From: a virus
Lineage: Duplodnaviria; Caudoviricetes
Virus record (IMG/VR): IMGVR_UViG_3300005973_000002
DNA length: 64,000 nt
Direction: 5' to 3' (one strand)
Shown piece after piece: positions 1 through 8,428 of the stretch. Every line of letters starts with the position of its first letter. The first letter of the stretch is position 1. The position numbers and the translations under genes are program-made. Under the pieces are notes generated by a model. It was not told where the DNA came from, did no database searches, and saw nothing but the letters and a program-made list of their open reading frames with translations.

Positions 1-1
1 G

Positions 2-130
2 AAGCATATTGACGACAATGAACCTGGCGTTAATATGACTGTTGAATTCGTTTGTCAAAATTGTGACCATGTGGCAGACATCACGCTGCCCATGGGTCCA
101 TCGTTTTTTTGGCCTAATGCCCGAACATAG
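2..130 (+). CDS. C-terminal end (5'-truncated by the window) of a T4 gp26-like baseplate hub / tail assembly chaperone
   Basis: Manual translation KHIDDNEPGVNMTVEFVCQNCDHVADITLPMGPSFFWPNART*. The PG...CxxC...FF ending is typical of gp26-like proteins. Not in the ORF track. Confidence 0.65.
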   Translation, partial: KHIDDNEPGVNMTVEFVCQNCDHVADITLPMGPSFFWPNART

Positions 131-395
131 AGAAGCGGTTCTACTTGAACCATTTTTCTTGCTCGGGTACTACTTCGGCATGGATTGGGACACTTATTAT
201 TATAAGTTTCCAATCAGTTACAAACGATGGCTCATTGAGCGAATACAAAGAGAGATACAAGAAGCCGCAAAAGCAAATGAACAAGGTGGCTCGCAAGTAC
301 CGTCACGAGGCGCACATCATAATACTCCAGACATGAGAGCGCTGTCTGGCAAACATAGAGCCCAAACTCCCGCAAAGTTGAGACGGTTTACGTAG
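117..395 (+). CDS. gp51-like / tail assembly chaperone second subunit
   Basis: MPEHREAVLLEPFFLLGYYFGMDWDTYYYKFPISYKRWLIERIQREI. Overlaps the gp26-like gene by 14 nt. ATG at 117 is preferred over the track start at 42. Confidence 0.55.
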   Translation: MPEHREAVLLEPFFLLGYYFGMDWDTYYYKFPISYKRWLIERIQREIQEAAKANEQGGSQVPSRGAHHNTPDMRALSGKHRAQTPAKLRRFT

Positions 396-420
396 CTCAA
401 GGATATCCATCCTATTCAAG

Positions 421-452
421 AAAGCCTATAGTATGTAACTATAGGCTTTTTT
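421..452 (+). terminator. Rho-independent terminator-like hairpin (possibly bidirectional)
   Basis: Perfect 11-bp stem AAAGCCTATAG / CTATAGGCTTT with a 7-nt loop, ending in a T6 run 447-452. Confidence 0.7.
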
Positions 453-653
453 ATGAGCAAAACACTTTCAAATTTAGTAAAGAAATACCGACGGGCGAAG
501 ATTGGAAACAAGTTTCAGTTCCCGCATGTTAGAAAGGTTAGCCCAACACTGATATCACAGCAGGTTGTATCAGTCCAACCAATGAGTCTTCCTTCTGGTT
601 TGCTGTTCTACTTAGACTACTCCTATACAAGTGGAAGTAATAAACAGGAATGA
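453..653 (+). CDS. Stand-alone 66-aa fragment of a T4 gp23-type major capsid protein
   Basis: FPHVRKVSPTLISQQVVSVQPMSLPSGLLFYLDYSY matches the conserved gp23 segment VRRxxPxLIAxDxxGVQPMxxPTGxxFxL. Confidence 0.7.
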   Translation: MSKTLSNLVKKYRRAKIGNKFQFPHVRKVSPTLISQQVVSVQPMSLPSGLLFYLDYSYTSGSNKQE

Positions 654-689
654 GCGCCAGCATTCTATTTACTTTAAACGGAGAATGTA

Positions 690-1045
690 ATGCCAGATAA
701 TCAAAACAAAAGCCCGGATGTTGTCGGTAAAGTTGGAGATTTTATAAAAACTTGGCTTCCAATAGTAATCACCATTGGTGGTCTTGTCACAGGGTATTTT
801 GTTTTAAGGCTGAGACAAAGCACCAATTTGAACTTCAAAGAGTAGAAGTTACATCTCTAAGAAATGAGCTATCTTCCCTTAGAAATCAAATTGAAACCGA
901 TAGAAGAGAATGGCAACGTGGTGTTGAGGCCGAATTGAGGACGCTTCGTGAACAATCCATTCGTAGAGATTTTAGAATTCAATCACTTGAAAACCAACGA
1001 AGTGGAGGAAACTCTAATCCGAATGGTTTCACTCCAATAAATTAA
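690..1045 (+). pseudogene. Frameshifted transmembrane + coiled-coil protein (holin/spanin-like architecture)
   Basis: ATG 690 with GGAG SD gives MPDNQ...WLPIVITIGGLVTGYFV (TM helix). It continues as KAETKHQFELQRVEVTSLRNEL (coiled coil) in the -1 frame at about 806. Confidence 0.55.
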
Positions 1046-1289
1046 AAATATGCCAATGTAGATGGTCTGGTATATTTCTTTGCTGGGTTCTTAATTCAAT
1101 ATTTTTACCAAAAACTCTTTGACTGACATCAACCAGATGATAAATAATTTTTGGCGTTATTCTAACTGTATGTTTGCGAAGAACTATCATGGGAACTCTA
1201 CATGAAAGACAGTCACAAATGACAATCAGATCGTCTTCATAGTACCAACGTGTTTTTTGATCTAAGATACAGAGATCGCATTCTTTCAT
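1029..1289 (-). CDS. HIT-like small protein
   Basis: N-terminal CDLC and C-terminal PDHLHWHI (HxHxH triad). Confidence 0.6.
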   Translation of the reverse strand: MKECDLCILDQKTRWYYEDDLIVICDCLSCRVPMIVLRKHTVRITPKIIYHLVDVSQRVFGKNIELRTQQRNIPDHLHWHIFNLLE

Positions 1290-1840
1290 AACAAATCCAA
1301 GTAATCAAGGCCGGCATATGCACAGTCAAACCCTCTTATACTTCCATTCTTAATGTTATTTCTGAATTTACCAAGTGGCCACTTAACTACTTGCAAAAAT
1401 TCATTTTCATCAAGTTCTAATCCATCAACTTTGCGACAGTTGTGTGCAACGAACATGTGTCGCATTCCAGTAGAATATGGATTGTAATTTTGCTTACCAA
1501 GGTAATGAATCTCACCTTCATATCCGGTTTCTTCTTTCAGCTCTCGGATGGCAGATTCCATAGGATCTTCACCCTTTTCCATCCCACCACCTGGTAATTC
1601 TATACAATAGTTTTCAACACCAGGTCTAAATTGCCTTACCGTGAGAACTTTATTGTCATCTGTTACTGCAAAAATTTGGACGGAATCTTTATTGTCATCG
1701 ATAAAAAAGTTCTCGATGATGCCATTTGGTAAACGAAATGTCTTAACAATAAAGTCTTTATCGTACCCAGAAAGGTTATCCTTGATTTTATACTTTTTTT
1801 CGTTTATTTTTTTATAGTCGCCCATGATATCACTTCTCAC
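1286..1840 (-). CDS. Nudix hydrolase (ADP-ribose pyrophosphatase-like)
   Basis: Nudix box GGGMEKGEDPMESAIRELKEETGY, preceded by RQFRP...ELPG. Confidence 0.92.
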   Translation of the reverse strand: MRSDIMGDYKKINEKKYKIKDNLSGYDKDFIVKTFRLPNGIIENFFIDDNKDSVQIFAVTDDNKVLTVRQFRPGVENYCIELPGGGMEKGEDPMESAIRELKEETGYEGEIHYLGKQNYNPYSTGMRHMFVAHNCRKVDGLELDENEFLQVVKWPLGKFRNNIKNGSIRGFDCAYAGLDYLDLL

Positions 1841-1886
1841 TGTAAATAGAGTTTTATTGTCGGTTTCAACAAATTGAAACGTGTTC

Positions 1887-1892
1887 TATACT
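1887..1892 (+). promoter_or_regulatory. Sigma70-like -10 element, candidate leaderless promoter
   Basis: TATACT ends 7 nt before ATG 1900, with no SD between them. Confidence 0.35.
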
Positions 1893-1899
1893 TTCTATC

Positions 1900-2313
1900 A
1901 TGAGTAAGTTTAAAGAACTTGGAAACAGAGTCGGAGAACTCGTTGATGAAAAAAATGCTGCTTATGGAAATTCTTTTGGCGAAGCTGGAGAGTTTTTGAA
2001 GATTCTATATCCTGATGGCATCAATCCAGATCAATACACAGATATGCTTTGCGTAGTTCGAATATTTGATAAGATGAAAAGGATCGCCACTAAAAAAGAT
2101 GCATTTGGTGAAAGTCCATATCAAGACATTGTTGGATATGCCCTTTTGGGACTGAACCTCTCAGAGGGTAAAATTACAGATGCAATGATGTGTACAGTTT
2201 GCAACAAACCTATAGGTGGGAATGATGCCTTTGTAGGCACGGGTGATGACACAGGTCGCAAATTTGCGCATCAACAATGTTGCAAAACTTACAAAACTGA
2301 ACCAGAAGACTGA
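1900..2313 (+). CDS. Nucleotide-modification-associated domain 1 (DUF1599-like) protein
   Basis: KNAAYGNSF...RIFDKMKRI...ESPYQDIVGYALL pattern. Confidence 0.55.
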   Translation: MSKFKELGNRVGELVDEKNAAYGNSFGEAGEFLKILYPDGINPDQYTDMLCVVRIFDKMKRIATKKDAFGESPYQDIVGYALLGLNLSEGKITDAMMCTVCNKPIGGNDAFVGTGDDTGRKFAHQQCCKTYKTEPED

Positions 2314-2382
2314 AACTCGAAAATAAGTTAAAACTCGTATAAGCTTGTGATATGGTAACTTGACCTATATTGGAGGTTCATC

Positions 2383-4383
2383 ATGGCTAAGAAATGGAAT
2401 TTTGATCCTTTTAAAGGCTACAAAGGAAATCTTGATTGGTTGGAGAAGCGAACCATTTTCGTAACTGTGCATGGATCACAAGCTTATGGCACCTCCATGC
2501 CTGAATCTGACATTGATGTCAAAGGCTTGGCTATTCCCCCCAAGGAATATTTCCATGGTTTTGTAAAGAATTTTGAGCAAGCAGAAGGCAAGGAACCATA
2601 TGATATGGTTATTTATGGTCTTCGTAAGTTCATGAAGCTTGCTTCGAATTGCAACCCAAACATCATTGAAGTTTTATTTACCGACCCAGATGATTGGGTT
2701 GTTGACACCGTTATTTTTCGAAAACTTTGGGAGCATCGTGATCTTTTTTTAAGCAAAAAGGCTAGATTCACGTTTAGTGGATATGCAAATCAGCAGCTAA
2801 AACGAATCAAGGGTCACAAGCGTTGGCTTTTGGAGCCGCCTACACATAAGCCGACCCGAGAAGAATTTGGTCTTCCTGTTGAACGTAAGATGAGTCAGTC
2901 AGAAATCGGGGCTACGCAAAAATTGGTTGACGATGGTGCCCCATTGGCTGAAGACATTATGAGACTCTTTCACAAAGAACAGAAGTATTATAGTGCAAGG
3001 CGTGAATGGGAACAATACCAAAAGTGGAAGCGCACTCGTAACGAAAAGCGAGCAAAGCTTGAAGCTGATTTTGGTTATGATTGTTATTTGGATGACACAG
3101 AATTTTTGACGGAACGTGGTTGGCTGCCTTACGAGCAAATCACCAAAGCAGATAAGCTGGCAACGGTTCGTCAAAAAACAGGGGAACTGGAGTTCCAGAA
3201 GTTTAGCGAACGAGTCCGAAAGCCTTATAGTGGAGAAATTCTTCACTTCGAAACCCAAGATAGTCTGTGCTCTGTAACTCCCAATCACAGAATGCTGGTG
3301 TCTCCCATGTGCCGCAGCAGAAAAAACGGGTTTTCAACAAGGTATCGGCAGCAGACTGCCAAGTGGCAAATCAAAAGAGCAGATGAGCTTCTCAATGAGT
3401 ATAAAAGCCATTATCATATTCGGTTGACGGCACATCAAACCAAAGACAACACAGAAATTTCTGAAAACCTTCTTTGGATCGTGGGTACCTATGTTAGTGA
3501 AGGTTGTGTTGGGAAACGACTCAAGAACGGCGCACCATCTGTCTTGAGGTTCTCGCAAAAGGAATCCAATAGGCAGCAGGTGTTTTTGGACTCCTTGTGT
3601 GAGAGCACCGAAATGCGGAAAATCACCCATTTTCGTGAAGACAAGGGGTATAATGAACTGATTTATACCTTGGCTGACCGCAGTTTAGCCAAACAGGTTG
3701 TTGAATGGTGCGGCGAATATTCCAGGAACAAACGACTGCCACCGTGGATCACCACCCTGTCAAGTCAACAAGCAAATAGCTTGTTGAATGTCATGATTGC
3801 TGGGGACGGCACAGAGCGTAAATATAGCTCCATTTACTACACAATTTCGCAAGCTCTGGCTAATGATGTCCAGACACTTGGGGTCATTGCGGGAAGGCCC
3901 ACTAAAATTTGGGGGCCTTACGAGGACGGCATGTATCAGGTATATCTTGGCGATCCAGAGGCAACAGATTCTCTTGTGGCTACCAAATACGGTCATGTTA
4001 CTAGTGAAGAAGTTGTTGATCGCCACATTGTTTGCTTTACTGTACCTAATGAGATTTTGATCACACGTCGGAAGGGTAAGCTGGCAATTCAGGGCAACAC
4101 CAAACATGCTGGTCATCTAGTTCGTCTTATGCGAATGTGTCGAGAAATTCTTAGTGAAGGCAAGGTTTACGTTCGACGACCGGATGCTGATGAACTCATG
4201 GCTATTCGTAAGGGAGCATGGACTTATGATGAGCTAATTGAATGGGCCGACAAACAAGATAAAGAAATGCAAAAACTATACGAGACTTCTCCACTTCCTG
4301 AAAAGCCTCAAGTAGAAAAAATTGACAAGGTTTGCCAAATGCTTGTAGAAGAGGCTTTACGGCACGAGTCACTTCGGTTCTAA
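2383..4383 (+). CDS. DNA polymerase beta-superfamily nucleotidyltransferase (RlaP/Nuc-transf-like) containing an intein
   Basis: HGSQAYGTSMPESDIDVKG motif, NCNPNIIEVLF and GYD|TKHAGHLVRL. GGAGG SD upstream. The spliced product would be 327 aa. Confidence 0.88.
   Translation: MAKKWNFDPFKGYKGNLDWLEKRTIFVTVHGSQAYGTSMPESDIDVKGLAIPPKEYFHGFVKNFEQAEGKEPYDMVIYGLRKFMKLASNCNPNIIEVLFTDPDDWVVDTVIFRKLWEHRDLFLSKKARFTFSGYANQQLKRIKGHKRWLLEPPTHKPTREEFGLPVERKMSQSEIGATQKLVDDGAPLAEDIMRLFHKEQKYYSARREWEQYQKWKRTRNEKRAKLEADFGYDCYLDDTEFLTERGWLPYEQITKADKLATVRQKTGELEFQKFSERVRKPYSGEILHFETQDSLCSVTPNHRMLVSPMCRSRKNGFSTRYRQQTAKWQIKRADELLNEYKSHYHIRLTAHQTKDNTEISENLLWIVGTYVSEGCVGKRLKNGAPSVLRFSQKESNRQQVFLDSLCESTEMRKITHFREDKGYNELIYTLADRSLAKQVVEWCGEYSRNKRLPPWITTLSSQQANSLLNVMIAGDGTERKYSSIYYTISQALANDVQTLGVIAGRPTKIWGPYEDGMYQVYLGDPEATDSLVATKYGHVTSEEVVDRHIVCFTVPNEILITRRKGKLAIQGNTKHAGHLVRLMRMCREILSEGKVYVRRPDADELMAIRKGAWTYDELIEWADKQDKEMQKLYETSPLPEKPQVEKIDKVCQMLVEEALRHESLRF
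3082..4098 (+). mobile_element. Intein (339 aa) with LAGLIDADG homing endonuclease domain
   Basis: Starts CYLDDTEFLT; has block B VTPNHRML and LAGLIDADG-like VGTYVSEG and MIAGDGT; ends CFTVPNE...LAIQGN, followed by Thr. Confidence 0.92.
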
Positions 4384-4449
4384 CGTCAATAAACATAGCA
4401 CACAGCCTTCCAGGTTTTGCTGTCTACTTATTGTGGAAAAGGAGAAAAC

Positions 4450-5118
4450 ATGGAAGGCTCAATCATATTAATTGCTACCATAGCAGCATTCGTAGCTATC
4501 GGTATTTACATGCTTGTGAGGATTTTGAAGGGACCAAAATTACCAGAAGGCCATCAATTTGTAGCAGAACACAAAGGTAATAAAGCAATTGTTATAATTG
4601 ATAAAAACCTTGAAGGTGCTATCAAAAACAAAGATGGTAGTGTTATTTCTTGGGTTTTAAATGGTAAGTTTTACTATGGCAATGATCTTGCAATAAAATG
4701 TGCTAAGGCAATCAAAGCAACAGAGCTAGCTTTTAAAGAAAAAGGAGTTGAAAAGGCTGATGTGAGTGAGGTAGTATTCTTATTCAGCACAGATGCTACC
4801 TTTGAAGCGGGATCAAAATGGTGGCAAGCCTGGGCAGCAGGAGCAGCAGCGTATTCTACAGAATTGGTGGGAGATTTTAGAATTAAAGTTCTACCAATGG
4901 CTGTGATACGTACAAAATATATTAAAACTGTATCTGAAAGAGGACAGCCGGCAATACATGAGCTTGTTCATTTGCTTAATAAACAAGCTAATGGAGATTA
5001 TAGTCACAGTCACACCGATCCCAAGTTATGGCTTGGACCTGGTGGAACAGGATCAGTCGAAGGAATTGGTGTACAAAAATGGAAAGAAATCGTAGGTACA
5101 CCTGATGACCAAAACTAA
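4450..5118 (+). CDS. Membrane-anchored zincin-like metallopeptidase
   Basis: N-terminal TM helix IILIATIAAFVAIGIYMLV and HELVH (HExxH) followed by HSH. GGAG SD before ATG 4450. Confidence 0.5.
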   Translation: MEGSIILIATIAAFVAIGIYMLVRILKGPKLPEGHQFVAEHKGNKAIVIIDKNLEGAIKNKDGSVISWVLNGKFYYGNDLAIKCAKAIKATELAFKEKGVEKADVSEVVFLFSTDATFEAGSKWWQAWAAGAAAYSTELVGDFRIKVLPMAVIRTKYIKTVSERGQPAIHELVHLLNKQANGDYSHSHTDPKLWLGPGGTGSVEGIGVQKWKEIVGTPDDQN

Positions 5119-5127
5119 ATACCAGCA

Positions 5128-6009
5128 CTATTGAAGCTTCCAAACATAACCTTTGTATGATTTATTGTATTTTATTGCTAAACTAATTCCATTATATTGA
5201 CAATTGTTTTGTCGTGCGGCTTCGCTCATACTTGGCCAAACTTTGATCAGTTTGCCTGTTGGTTCAAACTGTTTAACAGGTTTAGCATTATTGTAACACA
5301 ATTTTCTATTTTCATTTAATTGTGCATGAGATGATAGCCTATCGTCGACAATATCTTTTGAATCAGGCCAGCGCCAATAAAATCCACCGACGGTTCGATG
5401 CGGATTTTGGTTGATGGAATAGGAAATATTGCGCCAACTTTTATATCCAATTCCAAGACCAGCTTGTCTGGTCGATGGCCAGTTTTTAATAACTTTACCT
5501 GTTTGAGGGCAAATTTGTAAAACTTCTTTCGAAGTTGCTTTTCCGCCTGGGTTGTACTTTCTAAGTTTTTCTTTATGTTCTTTTGTATGTTTGGTTGGAA
5601 TGATTTCCCCCGTTTCTAACTTTAGTTTACGAGTTTTTGATATTTTTTTCCTTGTTTCTTCGGGAGTTTGTGACCATGGACCTTCTTTTTGAATGACTTT
5701 TCTCTTGTGGTTCAAAAAATTTGAATCATCCCAAAATTTGTCAACATATTGTTGTTCGACAGTTCTTCTTTTCAGAGTTGTTCCTTCAATTGTTTCAATA
5801 ACTTCAAACAAAAATTCCTCTGGCTTATATTTGGACCATAAATGCAACAAATGCTTGTTATGATGTTTTCCTACATTTAATCTGCTTTGATGCTGTGAGG
5901 CTCTAACTTTGAAGCGCTTCGCACTTCCAATATAAAATTTGCTAGTTGTTAAATGTGTTATTTTATATATTCCACCTTTGTTAGCATCTCCTTTAAACTC
6001 TTTCTTCGT
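5128..6009 (-). mobile_element. GIY-YIG homing endonuclease with NUMOD3/NUMOD1 repeats; ACG at the expected start
   Basis: The frame extends 53 codons upstream of the track start as TKKEFKG...GGIYKITHLTTSKFYIGSAKRF. Two NUMOD1-like C-terminal repeats. Confidence 0.85.
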
Positions 6010-6133
6010 AATTCATCCTTGTTTTAGAGAAAATATTTTTATCTTCTCGATTGCAAGAATAATATTGTAAAGGTTACCAGTTTTCTCTTCAAACATCGAT
6101 AACTATGTGATAACGTTAGAAACATAGGTAAAA

Positions 6134-6766
6134 ATGACCAAAACTAAATACCAGCTCTTTGTGGACATGGATGGAGTCCTTGTAGATTACATGGGTGGCG
6201 TTTTGCCGACCATGAATGAATTTGTTGCAGAGGTCGCAGCAGCTCCGAATCGCTTTAAGACAGAAAAACCAGACCTTTATAAGGCTGCAAAGAAAGCAAT
6301 TGCCGAAATGGGTGGTAATGTTGATGAAGGCTACGTTGGTACTGAAATAAAATACCACGATGTCGGCAAGGGAACGGAAAAGAAAAAGGTTCGTTCTTTG
6401 ATGTACACCCTTGTTTCTAACAACTACCAGTGGTGGGTTAATCTTGATTGGATGCCAGATGGCCGTGAACTATGGAATCACATCAAAAGACATAATCCAA
6501 TTATTCTTACAGGACCCCAAGGTCCCAATTCCAAAAAGGGTAAGAAAGATTGGGTAAATCGTGAGCTTGGTCTGGGGAAAGATCGAATTATTATCACGCA
6601 TACAAAGCATGAAGAAGTTCGCCCAATGCTTAAAAAAGGAATTATGCCAGTTTTGATCGACGATCTACCCAAATACGTCGTTCCCTTTAGAAATGCGGGT
6701 GGTATTTGCATTCATCACATCAACACCGAGCAAACAATTCGAGAACTGGAAGCGTTTGGATTTTAG
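6134..6766 (+). CDS. HAD-family 5'(3')-deoxyribonucleotidase-like phosphatase
   Basis: LFVDMDGVL, ILTG and LIDD motifs. Confidence 0.8.
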   Translation: MTKTKYQLFVDMDGVLVDYMGGVLPTMNEFVAEVAAAPNRFKTEKPDLYKAAKKAIAEMGGNVDEGYVGTEIKYHDVGKGTEKKKVRSLMYTLVSNNYQWWVNLDWMPDGRELWNHIKRHNPIILTGPQGPNSKKGKKDWVNRELGLGKDRIIITHTKHEEVRPMLKKGIMPVLIDDLPKYVVPFRNAGGICIHHINTEQTIRELEAFGF

Positions 6767-7507
6767 TTACTTCTTTTTCTTTCCGGTAAAGAGGTTACTA
6801 ACCCACTTATCGAGCCAGCCTTTCTTTTGAGGGGCTGGTTTTTTCTTATTAACCTTAGGCTTGTTAAGTTTTGGTTTCGGTTCCGGCTCCTGTTGTACTT
6901 CAGGAGTGGTAACTTTGAGCCTGTTTCTGCGTTCTTCGACCCATTCTTCAACATATGGCCCAGGACATGTAGCCTTGTTTTTTCTTGCACCCCATTGCTT
7001 AGCTTCGGCATGAAAACTTAGACCATCAGGCAAATTAAGTTCGTGACGATCAACAAGCCAGTCAGTCAAGGCTTCCGCCATCTTAAACTGTTCATCAGAT
7101 GGCTGCCCAGTTTTTCCAGGGTGTAAATTTCCCTGCCACACAACGCCGACACCTTCATCATTGCAACGCTGACCGGTGTGCCACGCTCTTTCATCATCCT
7201 GAGCTAGTCTGTAGATAATCATGTTGCCATCATCATCATACTCGGGCTTATAGGACAACCAATAATGATATGGTCTGGCACCAAAGTTTCTTTTTTGAAT
7301 AACGTAACGTATTGAATTTCTAGCTCCCTCGAAGCCATCAGCACCATAAGCTCCAGAGTTGTGAAAGAAAACTCTTACGATTTTAATTCCAATTGGTCTG
7401 CGGTTTGAACGTGGGTTTGTTGGCTTTGGTAAGATGTCACTGACATCATAAATTGCAATTTTTCCTGGCAAAACAACTTCAAGTCTTGCTTCTTTTGGTA
7501 AAGTCAT
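6767..7507 (-). CDS. N-acetylmuramoyl-L-alanine amidase (Amidase_2, endolysin)
   Basis: FFHNS, PYHY, AWHTG...N, H and TCPG Zn-ligand pattern. Lys/Pro-rich C-terminal tail. AGGAGG SD. Confidence 0.85.
   Translation of the reverse strand: MTLPKEARLEVVLPGKIAIYDVSDILPKPTNPRSNRRPIGIKIVRVFFHNSGAYGADGFEGARNSIRYVIQKRNFGARPYHYWLSYKPEYDDDGNMIIYRLAQDDERAWHTGQRCNDEGVGVVWQGNLHPGKTGQPSDEQFKMAEALTDWLVDRHELNLPDGLSFHAEAKQWGARKNKATCPGPYVEEWVEERRNRLKVTTPEVQQEPEPKPKLNKPKVNKKKPAPQKKGWLDKWVSNLFTGKKKK
6813..6847 (+). terminator. Putative terminator for the HAD gene, embedded antisense in the amidase CDS
   Basis: AGCCAGCCTTTC-TTTT-GAGGGGCTGGTT stem (12 bp with G-U pairs) followed by TTTTCTT. Confidence 0.45.
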
Positions 7508-7530
7508 GTTTCCTCCTGATGTAAGTAGAA

Positions 7531-8409
7531 CTATATACCAAGCTGCTTCTTTATGTCCGCTTCAATGGCTTGAGCCGTCTTCCGACAAAGAACTTCATTC
7601 TCGCCATTCACTATTGCAATCCTATAAGTGTTCAAGTCATTATCTGCAAATGAAGAAAGTGGTTTGTTTTCTGCAATTGTATAGTGAACCTTGACTTCAT
7701 CAGTTGAATCAAAATTCAAATGCAAAGTTTTATCAGGCGAACATTGATCTTTGGCAACCCGTACTACAAAACTATATCCGGGGATGTTTTCGCTGGATTT
7801 ATTCCATGCCTTTTCGTCATACAATTTAATCATTGATGGTATGAAGTCATCACCATAAAAATCAACAAACTGTGTGGAGCATCTTAGATGAACTTCAATG
7901 ATTTTTGCTCCTATCGATTCTACATTGACAATACCGGTAAAATCATTCAAATGCTCTTGAATCCATTTGATTTCATTCTGGTGCAACCCTTTAGAAAAAT
8001 ACCAATGAGTAAAGCTACCATTTTTGTCTTTTTGGCCTGACATGGAATACGACCAAACCACCTCACCATCCAGTAACGCATAGTCAGTAGACGTGTGTCG
8101 CCCGTAAAATACTGGCATCCATAGATGCCCTGCTGTATATTCCCACTCATGACTAAACCAAACAACTTTCGCTCCAATGCTCATACCAAAGAGATTATAG
8201 ATCGGCTTGCTAAAAATAGGAAAATTGTTTGGCGTTATTCCATGAGGAAACGCTTCGTACCCCAGTTTTTGGTAAAGTTCAAGTTTATTGTATACCCAGC
8301 GATATTTTAAAAAAGTTTGATAAGCAGCAACATCGCCAGTTGGTATCAACGACTTAGGCGAATAATTTTCAAAAGATTTAGTAAAGTAGATGTCATCGTG
8401 AAGAAACAT
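7531..8409 (-). CDS. ATP-grasp-like protein
   Basis: WVYNKL, PIFSKPIYNLFGMSIG and IIEVHLR resemble ATP-grasp lysine-loop and ExxxR motifs. Confidence 0.45.
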   Translation of the reverse strand: MFLHDDIYFTKSFENYSPKSLIPTGDVAAYQTFLKYRWVYNKLELYQKLGYEAFPHGITPNNFPIFSKPIYNLFGMSIGAKVVWFSHEWEYTAGHLWMPVFYGRHTSTDYALLDGEVVWSYSMSGQKDKNGSFTHWYFSKGLHQNEIKWIQEHLNDFTGIVNVESIGAKIIEVHLRCSTQFVDFYGDDFIPSMIKLYDEKAWNKSSENIPGYSFVVRVAKDQCSPDKTLHLNFDSTDEVKVHYTIAENKPLSSFADNDLNTYRIAIVNGENEVLCRKTAQAIEADIKKQLGI

Positions 8410-8428
8410 AATGTGGCAGCATTAAGTA

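Noticed and set aside
42-116. Track start at 42 for the gp51-like ORF
   Set aside because: This stretch is the coding tail of the upstream gp26-like gene in another frame.
2315-2337. Short direct repeat AAACTCG x2 upstream of the nucleotidyltransferase
   Set aside because: A 7-bp repeat in AT-rich DNA is within chance expectation.
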